A stretch of 63,021 nt of DNA, filler included, from Stramenopiles sp. TOSAG23-6 (lineage: Eukaryota): the NCBI GenBank assembly GCA_900128565.1. It is 11 parts of 11 records of this genome, joined end to end, with 100 filler letters (N's around TTAATTAATTAA, not from the genome) between each part and the next. Parts side by side here need not be neighbours in the genome. Positions count along the whole stretch, not along the records: positions 33,935 to 40,584 come from LT636667.1; positions 40,685 to 47,324 come from LT636668.1; positions 47,425 to 54,058 come from LT636669.1; 8 more parts are not named here. One strand, 5' to 3'. Positions within the stretch are counted from its first letter, which is position 1. Every line of letters starts with the position of its first letter. The notes below the pieces were generated by a model. That model made no database searches. It saw nothing but the letters and a program-made list of their open reading frames with translations, and had not been told where the DNA came from. A program made the translations under genes and the position numbers. Positions 35,044-47,523 of this stretch are shown piece by piece.

Positions 35044-36864
35044 ATGTTTTCAAACCCTTCCAAAGTAGACAAGAAGACTTTGTCAGTCTCGGGAAACATA
35101 GGACCGCTTATCTTGACTGCAACGAGTGATTTACTCTTGCGTGCTAATTGGGAGGTGAATATACAAATAGTAGACGGAGTAAATGCGACGACACGGAAGG
35201 ATAGGTTAGCTGCTGTGACTAAAATTCTTCGCAAGAAACTCTCAGCCCGGGAAATAAAAACTGTGTGGTTAACACTTCTTCTTGTAGAGAGTCTCGTGAA
35301 AAATTGCCACGCGCGCTTTCACGAAGAGCTTGGAAATCCGAAGTTCCAAGCGCAGATGAAAAAGTTATGTACGAAACCAATATCTAGAAGTAAGTCGGAT
35401 CTGAATCAACTTGAAAGTAGTACGGATGTAATGAATAAAGCAATTTCATTGGTTCAATTATGGGGCGAAGCGTTCTTACCTCGTGGAAATGAACCCTGTG
35501 GACGGGCTTTCGTTGAAACATATCATGAATTGAAGCGAGCTGGTATCCATTTTCCAAATCAATATAACGATAAATCGTCTCCCGTATTTACTCCCGAAGT
35601 ATCAAAGTCTGCTACNACAAATAAAGCGGTTAATAATACTTCGTCGGATGTTCAAGCACCTATAGAAGGTAAAGAATCTGAAATTAAACAAAAACAGCGT
35701 GCTTCACTAGGTCATGATTTTGCTGTAATTGCCAATCATCTTGTGTTTCTTCAAAGTATGATGAAAAATGCATCACCTAAAGAAAATTTTGAAACNAATG
35801 TTTTGGCCAAGGAACTCTCAACTGAATGTCGCGATTTTCAAGATAGGTTACAAAATTCTACAAGGCAAGCAATGGAAAGTGATTCTACAACCCTTCCAAT
35901 ACTGCTTGAAATGAATGATGACCTTCTTGAAATTTTAAAAGAATATGAATATGTATGTGCTAATGGGCCACGAAAAAAACCTGATACATCTGATACACCT
36001 AATGTATCATCAAAAGGTGGAACAGTATCTTCGTTGAAAATGCCTCCTAGTCCTCCCTTGGCTTCAAAGCTGACAGAAAATACTCATTCGACAGAGTTAA
36101 TATTAGATAATTTTTTTCAACAAGAACCTTCGAAAGACACTGAGGAACAAGGTGAGAATGATGAAGCTTTGTTTACATTGGATTCACCAAAGAGAAAGAG
36201 TTTTAGAAGAATCCGGTCAAAAACTATAAAACCTACTACGGATAAGAATAAATCGAATTCGTCTAAAAATTCAGTAAAAAGTAAAGAAAATGAAGAACTT
36301 GATGCTTTATTCGGATCTTTTGAAATTACTGAAGAAAAATCTACTGATTTGATGAATATCCCAACTGCTATACCCAAACATATTCGCCGCGACACCAACA
36401 TTAGTGTATCGTCTGGTGAAGAATCACTATTTGGTGATGACTTTGATATGCTAGCAAGAAATGGTTCTGGTAATATGAGTGGAACAAGTCAACCAACAAA
36501 TAGTAACACAACATCTGATACATTAAACAAAGATTCCTCATTTGATTTAGATAGTCTTTACAAACTCTCCAACCGACATAATTCTTTGAGAAATAGAATC
36601 CAACAGAAAATTGGCACACCAGGATCGTATAGTAATAGTAATGAAATGTACAATAATAATAGAATGAATCAACAACAAATGAATCAATATCAGATGAATC
36701 AACAACAAATGAATCAATATCAGATGAATCAATATCAGATGAATCAACAACAAATGAATCAACAACAAATGAATCAATATCAGATGAATCAACAACAAAT
36801 GAATCAACAACATATGAATCAAAAACGACAAAGTGATAATCCATTTGATATATTTGGAAATTGA
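35044..36864 (+). CDS. VHS-GAT (TOM1-like) protein
   Basis: VHS (ATSDLL..ANW...LTLLLVESLVKNC), GAT-like LLEMNDDL, C-terminal NPF. Confidence 0.85.
   Translation: MFSNPSKVDKKTLSVSGNIGPLILTATSDLLLRANWEVNIQIVDGVNATTRKDRLAAVTKILRKKLSAREIKTVWLTLLLVESLVKNCHARFHEELGNPKFQAQMKKLCTKPISRSKSDLNQLESSTDVMNKAISLVQLWGEAFLPRGNEPCGRAFVETYHELKRAGIHFPNQYNDKSSPVFTPEVSKSAXTNKAVNNTSSDVQAPIEGKESEIKQKQRASLGHDFAVIANHLVFLQSMMKNASPKENFEXNVLAKELSTECRDFQDRLQNSTRQAMESDSTTLPILLEMNDDLLEILKEYEYVCANGPRKKPDTSDTPNVSSKGGTVSSLKMPPSPPLASKLTENTHSTELILDNFFQQEPSKDTEEQGENDEALFTLDSPKRKSFRRIRSKTIKPTTDKNKSNSSKNSVKSKENEELDALFGSFEITEEKSTDLMNIPTAIPKHIRRDTNISVSSGEESLFGDDFDMLARNGSGNMSGTSQPTNSNTTSDTLNKDSSFDLDSLYKLSNRHNSLRNRIQQKIGTPGSYSNSNEMYNNNRMNQQQMNQYQMNQQQMNQYQMNQYQMNQQQMNQQQMNQYQMNQQQMNQQHMNQKRQSDNPFDIFGN
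36664..36820 (+). repeat. 15-bp coding minisatellite (MNQQQ/MNQYQ)
   Basis: ATGAATCAA(CAACAA/TATCAG) about 10 times. Confidence 0.95.
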
Positions 36865-36995
36865 TACATACACGTAATTATTAGTAATAAATTCTTTTAT
36901 GGATACTTAATATATTCTTTCTCACTCAAAACATAATAAAAAACCATATATAATATATTATTTTCCCATCCCTTTTTTCCAAAAATATTTTCACG

Positions 36996-38675
36996 TCACA
37001 CAACCAATAATAACAAAAGTATCGCAACAATTGTAAAATATCCAAATACCTGAGCATAGAGCAAAGGAACAAATCGTCGCACGAAAAAAAATATTTTTCT
37101 ATCAGTTATTATACTATCACCGCGAACTAACCTAGGTTTTTTACGTTTTGCCATATCACTATATAAGGAAGAGCGTTCCAAATGTCTAACTCGAGTTAAA
37201 CTACTAGACAGATCTGTATCCACATTTTCACAACTTACACCATAACCAATCTTTGTCATTGGTGCAAGTGGGCCTAAACTATCCAAAGTAAAACGAGAAT
37301 TACAATTTTCTGTATTTCGCTTTGCAGGCCCAAAAAAATTGAATAAATCAAAGACTCCAATGTTGTCACCCGCCATACCCGTACTATGAAGTAAACGTAA
37401 ATCAAGATCACCCAAATTATCATTATCAAATGCATGTTTTGTGTCACCCAAAAACAATCTCTGGTTTTCGAATGAGTTTGTTTGTATTTCCTTCATTTTA
37501 TTATCATTTTCACGCATATTTCGTACATTGCTCAAATTTTCTTTTATGTTGTTGTTGAGAGCATTAAACGATGGGACTTCTCCCCAGTGAATGCTATCAA
37601 TGCTTCCATTGCTAGCTGTGCGTTTTCGTGTCACACACTTCGAACTTGATGAAAGAGAAAAATCTGTAGTTAATACCGTATTGGGGGATTGTAATGGTGA
37701 TTCCGCAATAACGCTTGGAACTACAATCGTCTTTGTATCATGAGAAGAAATCGACATTTTGGATTTAATTCTCATCGTTGCATGATCTGCATGTCGTTTG
37801 TCTTTCCAAATGTTTCCCCCCATTAAAGGCCTTGCGACTACTCTTGAATCTTCCATGTCAATATCAGTATTACTTGACTCTTCATCCCAGTCCAGAGCGC
37901 CTGAGAGAACTTCATAAAATTCGAAATCAACGTCATCTCTCTTTGGTAATATAGGAGCACATGCAGGTTGTTTTGGTTTAGTCATTTTTGGCTGCTGTAT
38001 TATACTTTGATTAGAATTTTGTAATGGTCTTTTTATTGTTTTTGACTTGGACGAGGTTCTCTTAGATAATGAATTTGTTCGAGACCTGCTTTTTGCATCT
38101 CTATCGCGAATGGATGTCGACGTTGTTCTACGTCGTCTAGGCTTAATCGGCGCCGGTGTGACTATTACTCCTTCAATGAGAGAATCAGATATATTCGATA
38201 AAGACACAAGGTTCGTTCCAGCACAAACTTTCAGCCATTTTCGTTCTGCAGTGAGCTCACACAGACGAGGAAGCTCTAACTTAACCTTAGCTACAGTTGC
38301 TCTACCCAGTTTTAGCATATGATCTTTATGCTTCTTGGATCGTTTATTCAATGGTTTTTCATTTTGCTTCAAATCTGATCCACCATGTTCGGCCCAAAAG
38401 CCATTCACCGCAAACACATCTTGGCATAGAGCACAATAACGCTGCCATGCTTTACGTCGTGTTTTCCCTTCATATATCGGTCGATCACCGCACTCACTAC
38501 AACTACCACAGGAGCCATGATATACGAGGGAAGTATCTTCATCAGATAAACTGTGTGCATGCTCTACTGCATCCGCTAAATCATTGTCGTTTCCGACACA
38601 TTGTCCTATTAGAGTCACGACTCCACGACAATGAGCTCTTTTGCATTTAAGTCTCAACTTTATCGGAAGATCATT
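36996..38675 (-). CDS. Unknown protein with a Cys-rich N-terminal region; 5' end missing
   Basis: 553-aa ORF. Confidence 0.55.
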   Translation of the reverse strand, partial: NDLPIKLRLKCKRAHCRGVVTLIGQCVGNDNDLADAVEHAHSLSDEDTSLVYHGSCGSCSECGDRPIYEGKTRRKAWQRYCALCQDVFAVNGFWAEHGGSDLKQNEKPLNKRSKKHKDHMLKLGRATVAKVKLELPRLCELTAERKWLKVCAGTNLVSLSNISDSLIEGVIVTPAPIKPRRRRTTSTSIRDRDAKSRSRTNSLSKRTSSKSKTIKRPLQNSNQSIIQQPKMTKPKQPACAPILPKRDDVDFEFYEVLSGALDWDEESSNTDIDMEDSRVVARPLMGGNIWKDKRHADHATMRIKSKMSISSHDTKTIVVPSVIAESPLQSPNTVLTTDFSLSSSSKCVTRKRTASNGSIDSIHWGEVPSFNALNNNIKENLSNVRNMRENDNKMKEIQTNSFENQRLFLGDTKHAFDNDNLGDLDLRLLHSTGMAGDNIGVFDLFNFFGPAKRNTENCNSRFTLDSLGPLAPMTKIGYGVSCENVDTDLSSSLTRVRHLERSSLYSDMAKRKKPRLVRGDSIITDRKIFFFVRRFVPLLYAQVFGYFTIVAILLLLLVV

Positions 38676-39905
38676 CTTTGCTCATTGTATTGAAGTAGGT
38701 TTCAAATGCCGCTGATCCATCAAAGAACATCTGGAAGTAATCTTGATGATGGCGCATAAACTGAAGGGCATATATTTTGGAAAAATATTTCAAAAAAAAA
38801 AAATGTTAGGTACAGACTTTCATNNNNNNNNNNNNNNNNNNNNNNNNNNNNNNNNNNNNNNNNNNNNNNNNNNNNNNNNNNNNNNNNNNNNNNNNNNNNN
38901 NNNNNNNNNNNNNNNNNNNNNNNNNNNNNNNNNNNNNNNNNNNNNNNNNNNNNNNNNNNNNNNNNNNNNNNNNNNNNNTAAAGCTATTCCTGAGACTTTA
39001 TTATTTTCAGTATTTTTAGTATTTTTAGTATTTTCAGTATTTTCAGTATTTTCAGTATGTTTAGTACTTATTGTAGAAGTTTCAGTACACTCAGAAGGTC
39101 CTGAAGGCCCTCTAAATATTGAACCGATGAATGTTTCGTCAACGATTGGTTTCCCAGCATTATCTGGGATTTTCATGACTGCTATTCTAGATACAAGATT
39201 ACTTGGATTACCACCCTGACGTTTTTTTACATTCCATTTTGCTGCTTTGGCACGTCTTTTCAGTACCATGGCGGTTGAAAAAAAACCTCGAGTAAAAATT
39301 TCAGGAGCTATACTTTGTCGTAATGCAGTGGATATTCGCTGCTCAGTATGTTTGAGAAAAATGACGAGCGGTTCATGACTCTGGAATGAGGAATCATTCC
39401 TTTGAAATAAACCATCAGTACCTTTAGTATTACTCTTTTGTTGATCTACTTCTAAAAATGTTGGATCTACTGTCATGAGATGCCCTGGCTTTGCTAATTC
39501 TGGGACTATGAATTCTATTAATGTTTGAGTATTAGGAACTTGAATAAAAAGCGAATCTCCTGGCGAAGTTCCTAACGGGCAGACAACCGAAAATGGTTTC
39601 CTTGACGAAACCAATTGTTGTTGTGTTGTCCGCTTTTGCACAGAAGTAGACGCCAACTGAAGAGCAACTTCAATGGGAGTATCATCATTAATTCGTTTCG
39701 ATGACAGGGATTTTTGGTCCGCTTCCATCGCATCAAAATATCGAGTAACTGCGATTGACATATTATAGTTTGATTTTCGAAGCAATATCAAGCAATCTTC
39801 CATAGGCAGACATAGAGTAATGGACATTTCCAGTATATCTGCCTCTGTATATAAGCTACGGAGTATTTCAGTTTCCTCTGTAGTTACGGAGGAACCAGAT
39901 CCCAT
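38676..39905 (-). CDS. Myristoylated UBA-like/OTU-like protein, partial
   Basis: MGSGSS start and a UBA-like segment; the exon after the intron end at 38770 reads ALQFMRHHQDYFQMFF...FETYFNTMSK (OTU-like). Confidence 0.5.
38770..38823 (-). mobile_element. 3' half of introner-like intron (AT)
   Basis: GTACCTAAC...CCAAAATAT-AT. Confidence 0.7.
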
Positions 39906-40684
39906 TTGAATAGTGTATCTATATAAAAATCAGTCGTAAAGTTGATGATAATGGCAAAATAATTGAAATCTGATGGAAATACTAAAGCCAAACGCAACGG
40001 GTAATTGAAAAAGATTATACTTCGAAGAAAAAGGAAGAAAAGATACTATCGATCGATCGATCAGATCGATCATTTTTTTTGACCAGAGAAGCAGTTTTGT
40101 GACTTTTTTTGTCGTCGTGTCACTCAAAATCAAAAATTAGGTCAAGTGTAAAGCGCGCGAAACAAAGAAAACAAAGAAATATCTTTTGTTTTGACGTTGA
40201 TGCTTTCTTCTTAGACTTGACCTCTTTTTTGAACACAAATCCATTTATCTTTCTCGTGTAAGATAACTTTCAATTTCATTTACAAGAGGTTCATACTTGA
40301 GAAGCATATATATAGGAAAGCTCGATATAAACAACAAGCAAGCTTTTTTACTGGCGTTTAGCACTTAGTTCACGCTATATCCATGGTTGGGGCTATATCA
40401 AATATATCACCTAAGGAATCGAAGAATCAAGTTGTATGCCTTACGAAAAAAGAAAAGAATATGAATACCCCGAAAACAATAACTACGCGTGCTCCCGTCC
40501 GTTCTTTACGACAAAGATCGTCGTATAAAAAAAAGAATACAAAAAAAAAATTGGAAATATTCCAAATCGTTTTCTTAATAATAANNNNNNNNNNNNNNNN
40601 NNNNNNNNNNNNNNNNNNNNNNNNNNNNTTAATTAATTAANNNNNNNNNNNNNNNNNNNNNNNNNNNNNNNNNNNNNNNNNNNN

Positions 40685-43600
40685 ACAGGTGGTAATATCG
40701 ACATTAAGAGTGGGAAAGGTGCCACAGCAAGTGGTTCTATCAATGTTGTTTCTGGTAGTGGTGTAACAAGAAGTGGTGCTATTAAACTTGGCTCCGGTGA
40801 TGCAAGTGAGGGCACTAGTGGGGGCGTTTTTCTTAGCTCTGGAAATGCTACTGGTGGTGATAGTGGGTCTATTCGTATGATTGTTGGAGATTCTGATAAT
40901 GGGAATGGGGTAAAATAATTATCAGTGCTGGTGCCTCATCTGCAGATGATTCATTAGGTGGTAATATCGCTTTGGGTAGTGGAATTGGAAATACAAGTGG
41001 TAGTGTTCTGGTGTCAAGCGCTAATAGCGCCTCTACAGGTTCAGTATTATTCAAAAGCGGCAAATCATTAGATGGATCATCTGGGGCAGTGACAATTGGC
41101 TCTGGCGATGGATCATCTTCTGGTAGTGTGAACCTTGTTGCTGGTGACAGCGAAAACGGTGTGGCAGGTAATATTAAAATCACAAGTGGTAACTCTGAGA
41201 TGGGTTCTGGTGGTTCTATACAATTGTTGAGTGGTGCTAGTGGTAATGATATGAGTGGTAATGTGAATTTTTCAACAGCCTCATCCATTAGAAGTGGCAA
41301 CATTTCACTAAATACCGGAGGTTCATCAAAAGGTGGTACGGGTAATATCAATTTGAGTACTGGTAAATCAACAAATGGAGAAAGTGGGCGTATCGCTTTT
41401 TCTGCAGGATCTGTCACAGCAGACAAGGGGGGGATTATTTCATTACACGCCGGAAAATCAACTTCGGCTGATGGTATCGGGGGTGGCATAAATGTAGCTT
41501 CAGGATTTGGCGAAGATAAAAGTGGTAACATATCAGTTACAACAGCTAGTAGCACACAAAGCGGCGGGCTAAAAAAGGATTATCTTCTACTGGTGCTTCA
41601 GGAAACATTAAAATTATCGGTGGTGATAGCACAACGGCTGGAGGTAATATGACACTCAGTAGTGGGTCGTCAACTGATGGCCCTGGGGGGAAAGTTGAAA
41701 TTTTGACTGGTACAGGTGTCACAAAAAGCGGCGCCCTTAAACTTTCTTCGGGTTCTGGCATTATGGATAGTGGTGCTGTTAAAATAGGCTCGGGAAATGC
41801 AAGCGATGGATTGAGTGGAGATATTTTGCTTGCTTCTGGAAATGCATCGCATGGTAAAAGTGGGGCGATTCGTCTACTTGTTGGTGATACTAATGTAGGT
41901 GCTGGAGGTGAAATTTCAATCAATGCAGGCGGCACATTTGCTGAGGAGTCCACCGGTGGTAATATATCCTTACAAAGTGGATATGGAAGTAGCACCGGTA
42001 ACGTTTCAGTTTCTACTGACAAAGGAGTATCTTCCGGCCCAGTAACATTCACAAGTGGTACTGCATCTGAAGGCTCGTCTGGTTCTGTGTATATTGGTTC
42101 GGGGGATTCTGCGAATGGTGCTGCTGGTATGGTAAGTATTGTCTCGGGTAATAGTGTTCGAAGAGCTGGCGGGGCCGTGAATATATCTGGCGGTAATGCT
42201 GCAGGCAAAGCTTCTGGTGGATCTGTGACTGTGTCAAGTGGAAGCAGTACATCTGGTACTAGTGGATCAGTTTCATTATTTACTGAAAAATCCATGGAAA
42301 GCGGTGATATTAATATGAACACAGGTTCATCAATAAATGGCAATTCTGGGGATGTTCTTATATCTACTGGGGTTTCAGGGAAATCTGCTGGTTCGGTGAA
42401 GCTGTCTGCGGGTACAAGCGAGAACATCTCTGGTGGCGAGATGTCCATTCATGCAGGTAGTGGCACAGGGGAAACTGGGGTAGGAGGAAATGTTATTCTC
42501 AATAGCGGAAAAGGTGAAATAAAAAGTGGGGAAATCAATATATCCTCGCCCGATGGTGCAAATAGTGGTTCAATTATACTATCCACTGGCGAATCTTCTA
42601 GCGGGTCTTCTGGAAGTGTAAGTATTGCCTCTGGAAATTCTTCCGAATCATCGTCAGGCAATATCGAGTTGAAAGTGGGATATTCGAAAAAAAATGCTGG
42701 GGCCCTTATTCTTAAGGGAGGTGATGGGAAAACATCTGGTAGTGATGTAACATTGCGATCTGGTAGAGGTAATTCAAATGACTCCTCAAGTGGTGGAATT
42801 TACATAGAAACAGCAAAAGGTCCTCAATCTGGAAGTGTTCGTATCACATCTGGATCTTCTTCTGCAGGATCATCCGGTGAATTAGATCTTCGGAGTGGGG
42901 ATTCTTTGAATGGTAAGGCAGGCAGAGTACAACTAAAAGTTGGTAAAAGTAAATCTGGGATTGGAGGTGGTATTACTTTGGTTGCAGGTGACACCTTGGG
43001 GCAAAGTGCTGGAGGAGTCGTCGAAATAAAGAGCGGTAAGAGTGAAAATGGTGATGGGGGTAATATTAGTATGTTAACAGGTGAAGCGAAGGCATCAGGA
43101 GCATCTGGTAGTGTCGTTCTTCAGAGTGGTAAATCAGAAGATGGGTTTTCCGGAGATATTCAAATCAGTACTGGTGACACTGCGCGTAGTCAGTCAGGGT
43201 TAATTAAGCTCTCAGTAGGAACATCAAGTGAATCAGATGGGGGAAGTATTTTAATGAATGGTGGCGCGTCCACATCTATTAATAAAACCGGAGGTGGGAT
43301 TTTACTTAGTAGCGGTAAAGGGATACCATCCGGCAGAGTTAATATTACTACGGCAGAGGGTTCTACAAGTGGAATAATTACGCTATCGACAGGTGCAAGT
43401 ATTGATGGTGCATCTGGAGAAATTGTGATCGACACTGGGAATGCGATTGGTGGGGCATCTGGCGATATCCGAATGTCTGCTGGAAATGGTGCTATCAATG
43501 GAGGCGATATTTTAATCGAGTCGGGTTCATCAAAACAATATATCGGGGGTAATATTACTCTTTCTAGTGGGAAAAGTTCGGATTATTCAAGTGGGCGCGT

Positions 43601-46600
43601 TTTTGTTGGATCTGCAAGTTCCAACTTTGGCAGTGGTCACATCTCAATTCAAAGTGGAAATTCAACCAATGGAGATAGTGGAGACATATTGATTGCTTCT
43701 GGTTCTTCTCAAACAGGCTTAGCCGGAACACTAAAATTAGTTGCGGGTACTAGTGGTAGTCAGAACGGGGCAAATGTTTTAATTTCGGCAGGGAAATCAG
43801 AAGCATTGGAAGGACTTGGCGGGAATTTACTTTTGCACAGCGGTAGTGCTAATGGAAAACAAGGTTTGAGTGGTAACGTTTCAATAAGTTCTGCTGATAG
43901 CAACTCTAGCGGGGATGTTTTAATATCTACTGGAAACTCTTCCAAAGGTCCATCAGGCGCACTCCATCTTAATACTGGGTCTGCCTCTGATGGCCAGACA
44001 GGAGATATTTTAGTAAATGTTGGTACTTCAACTCAAGGATTTGGAGGCGCTATTCAACTTCTCGGAGGATCAACATCTGGGAGAGCAAAAGGTGGCGCAG
44101 TTCAAATAACGAGTGGTGCTAGCAATGATGGAGAATCTGGCTCGATACTTCTAAATACTGCTAGTAGTAGCGGAAATAGCGAAAGTGGCAGTATTCAGAT
44201 TCAAACTGGTAATACAAAAAATGGCAGTTCAGGCAATATCCTCTTATCCGGGGGCGAGAGTACTAATGGGCGTGGAGGATCAATTAATTTACAATCTGGT
44301 TCAGGTTCCACAAATGGCTCAATCGTATTACGAAATGCAAGTGGCCAAAAACAACTTGAAATATCTGGCGATGGAGCTTTACAAATGAATAGTCATACAG
44401 GTAAAAACATTTCGATGCAAAGTGGCAGTAGCTTAAGCTTTGTTTCGGGAAAAGAAGGCCCTGGAGATGTTTTAGTTGGTACTGGTGATAATATATCACT
44501 TCGAGTTCAAAAGGAACGCATTGTGTCACATGTTCCAATCAGTGCCGTTGAGATTCTACAAAATGCAGATGAACGAATTAAACAAAATATTGAAAAGGTT
44601 GATACAGATGATATCTTGCAAAGATTACAAGACCTTGTTGTAAAGGAATATACATATAGTCCGGAATGGCAAGCGGTTCGAAATCTTAGTGAAGATGATT
44701 ACGGAGTAGGTACAAAGAAGGTTCGTGGGCTTATTGCGCAAGAAGTTTACAAGAATTTTCCCGAGTATGTGAATGTTGTCAAGAATGTGGCATATCCCGA
44801 TAAGAACTTTTACATGGAAGATATGTATGAACTAAATAAGCAGAGGATTACAATTGATTTACTTGGTGCAATACAAGCCCAACAACGTCGGTTGAAGATT
44901 GGACCAAACACACCTGATGAAAGTAGCAGTATATCGATCAATACGGCAGACGCCGGATCTTATCATGGTGCAAACAAGAATGGGGGTAGTGGTTCAATAA
45001 GCCTTATCACAGGATCAGGATCTGAAGAAAATTCTGGTGGGATTAAATTAACTTCAGGAGATGCCAAAGGTGCAACTGCAGGCTCTGTAATAATAGAAGT
45101 TGGGAGCAGCGATGTTGCTAAAGGTGGTGATATTAGTATGAAAGCCGGTGCATCATCAAAAGGGGTAGGAGGTGATATTTCAATCGAAAGTGGCACTGGG
45201 ACAACAAGTGGTCAAATTTCAATTCATTCAGGAAATTCTGACACATCAAGTGGCGATATACTGCTTGGTAGCGGAAATGCTGAATCAGGAAATTCAGGTA
45301 ATGTACGAATTGTCACAGGAAATTCACTTTCTGCTGGTTATAGTGGTGATATAATCGTTGAACCTGGAGCAAGCAATGTTAGTTCAGGGTCAAATGTTAT
45401 GATTAAGTCTGGTCATTCTTTTTCAGGAAAAGGGGGGCTTCTTCAAATACAATCAGGCGGAAGTTCAACAGGTGCAAGCGGTGAACTTTTAATGGGGACT
45501 TCAAATTCTACTACCACAACCGGAGATCTCGCTTTGTCAACAGGTTTGGCTGAAAGTGGTTCATCTGGATCAATNNNNNNNNNNNNNNNNNNNNNNNNNN
45601 NNNNNNNNNNNNNNNNNNNNNNNNNTTGGTGACAGTATTTCTAGTGAAGTTGGTGGTTCATTAGATATCAGCGCAGGGAGTGCACCACAAAATGGTGGCA
45701 ATGTATTAGTTCAAAGTGGAACTGGTCAATTTTCGAGTGGAACTATTGAACTTTCATCTGCGTCAGTTGAAAATAATAGCAGTTCTGGAAAACTCAAGTT
45801 AAGCACAGGTAGTGCACATAACGGCTTGTCAGGAAGTGTTGCAATTTCAACTGGCACATCTCATGCTGGCAATTCAGGAGAAGTGTCTATTCGTAGTGGG
45901 TCTGCTGCTGATGGTGTTGCAGGATCCGTCAAAATAAAGGCAGGTACAAGTGAGCATAGGAATGGTGGAGATATTTATATGATAGCTGGTAATGCTACAA
46001 CTGCTTCAGGTGGTGCAGTGCATCTTGTAAGTGGTAAAAGTTTGGCTCAAAGTGGTGACATTTCAATTAAAACCGCAGGTTCTGATGAAGCAAACTCCGG
46101 GTCTCTTAGCCTAGTTACAGGAAATACATTACAAGGAAGCTCTGGTGATATAAAAATCGTTACTGGGACTTCAGAAGTTGGTATTTCCGGAGAAGTAAAG
46201 CTTTCTTCAGGTGCAAATGGAAGTTCTCTCATTTTGACTGATTCTCATACAATCCTTACTGCAGGTTCATCCAGTGGTATAGGGGGTAGTGTGGTTGTTT
46301 CGTCGGGTGGGGGTGATAAATCCAGTGGTGATATTGAAATATCAACTGGTTTTGTCAAATCAAAAAATATCATGGCTAATACTGGTAAAATTTCATTAAC
46401 GACTGGTGACTCATTTGCAGGTGCAAGTGGCTCAATTTCTTTTCGTAGTGGTTCATCAGCACAGGGTTCAAGTGGTTCTGTGTCATTACAGAGTGGTTCA
46501 TCAACGGAAGGCACTGGTGGCAACATGATTGTAGCAGCTGGTAATACTGGTGCTGGTCATGGGGGATCTGTCAATATCTCTGGAGGGGATAGTTCAAATG

Positions 46601-47324
46601 CACAAGGTGGAGGATTCCAACTTTCAAGTGGAAATGGTCAAAAGAAAAGTGGTAATGCATCGCTAACTACTGCCAACACTAGTGATAGTGGTGCAACCGG
46701 TTCTATTAAAATTGAAACTGGTGTATCTGTTGAAGCTGATTCGGGATCGATAAGTATATCATCAGGTAAGAGTTTCGACGGAGCTGCTGGTACAATTTCG
46801 ATTTCTGGTGGCTTGAGCACTGGTGGCTCTGGAGGTTCCGTCATTATTGCAGGTGGAAGTTCCATTGGTTCGAATTCTATTGGAGGTGGTGTTGAATTAA
46901 CGAGTGGCAAAGGTACCCTTTCTAGCGGTTCTGTGAAGTTAGAATCTTCCAATACAGATGGCTTAAATAGCGGAAGTTTATCCTTCCAAACAGGTTCATC
47001 TGTGGACGGATTATCAGGGAAAATTTTGCTTGGATCTGGTGATGCAGATGTGTCGTCTGGCGATATTAAACTTACTGTTGGTATAAGTTCTACAAGCGAT
47101 GGCGGAAATTTAAATATCTCGGCGGGAAACACAACTTCAACAGATGCGAAAGGTGGAACAGTAAGAATTTCCTCGGGAGCTGGTGAAATGTCTGGCGGTA
47201 ATATCGAAATATCTACTAGCTCTGCTACATCAGAAAATACAGAAGCTAACAGTGGCAAAATTTCCCTAACTACGGGTGACTCATTTAAGGGTTCAAGTGG
47301 ATCAGTTATCATTGGTAGTGGTTC
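40685..47324 (+). CDS. Giant Gly/Ser beta-repeat fibre protein with an internal peptidase S74/ICA domain, partial
   Basis: Over 2000 aa of ~14-aa SGxIxIxxG repeats; ADERIKQNI...RGLIAQEV...FPEYV domain at ~44565-44890; frame breaks near 40910 and 41570. Confidence 0.8.
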
Positions 47325-47424
47325 NNNNNNNNNNNNNNNNNNNNNNNNNNNNNNNNNNNNNNNNNNNNTTAATTAATTAANNNNNNNNNNNNNNNNNNNN
47401 NNNNNNNNNNNNNNNNNNNNNNNN

Positions 47425-47523
47425 ATGTATTTTGGAAAAATATTTCAAAAAAAAAATTTAATTTTTGTTAGGTACAAAATGTCGTACGAAAAAAAATTCA
47501 TACAAAAAAAAAATAAAACATAC
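47425..47523 (-). mobile_element. Introner-like intron GT-AT
   Basis: Full consensus, ending at the contig end. Confidence 0.8.

Noticed and set aside
40869-47312. Long antisense ORFs in the fibre gene and other shadow ORFs
   Set aside because: By-products of biased codon usage on the coding strand
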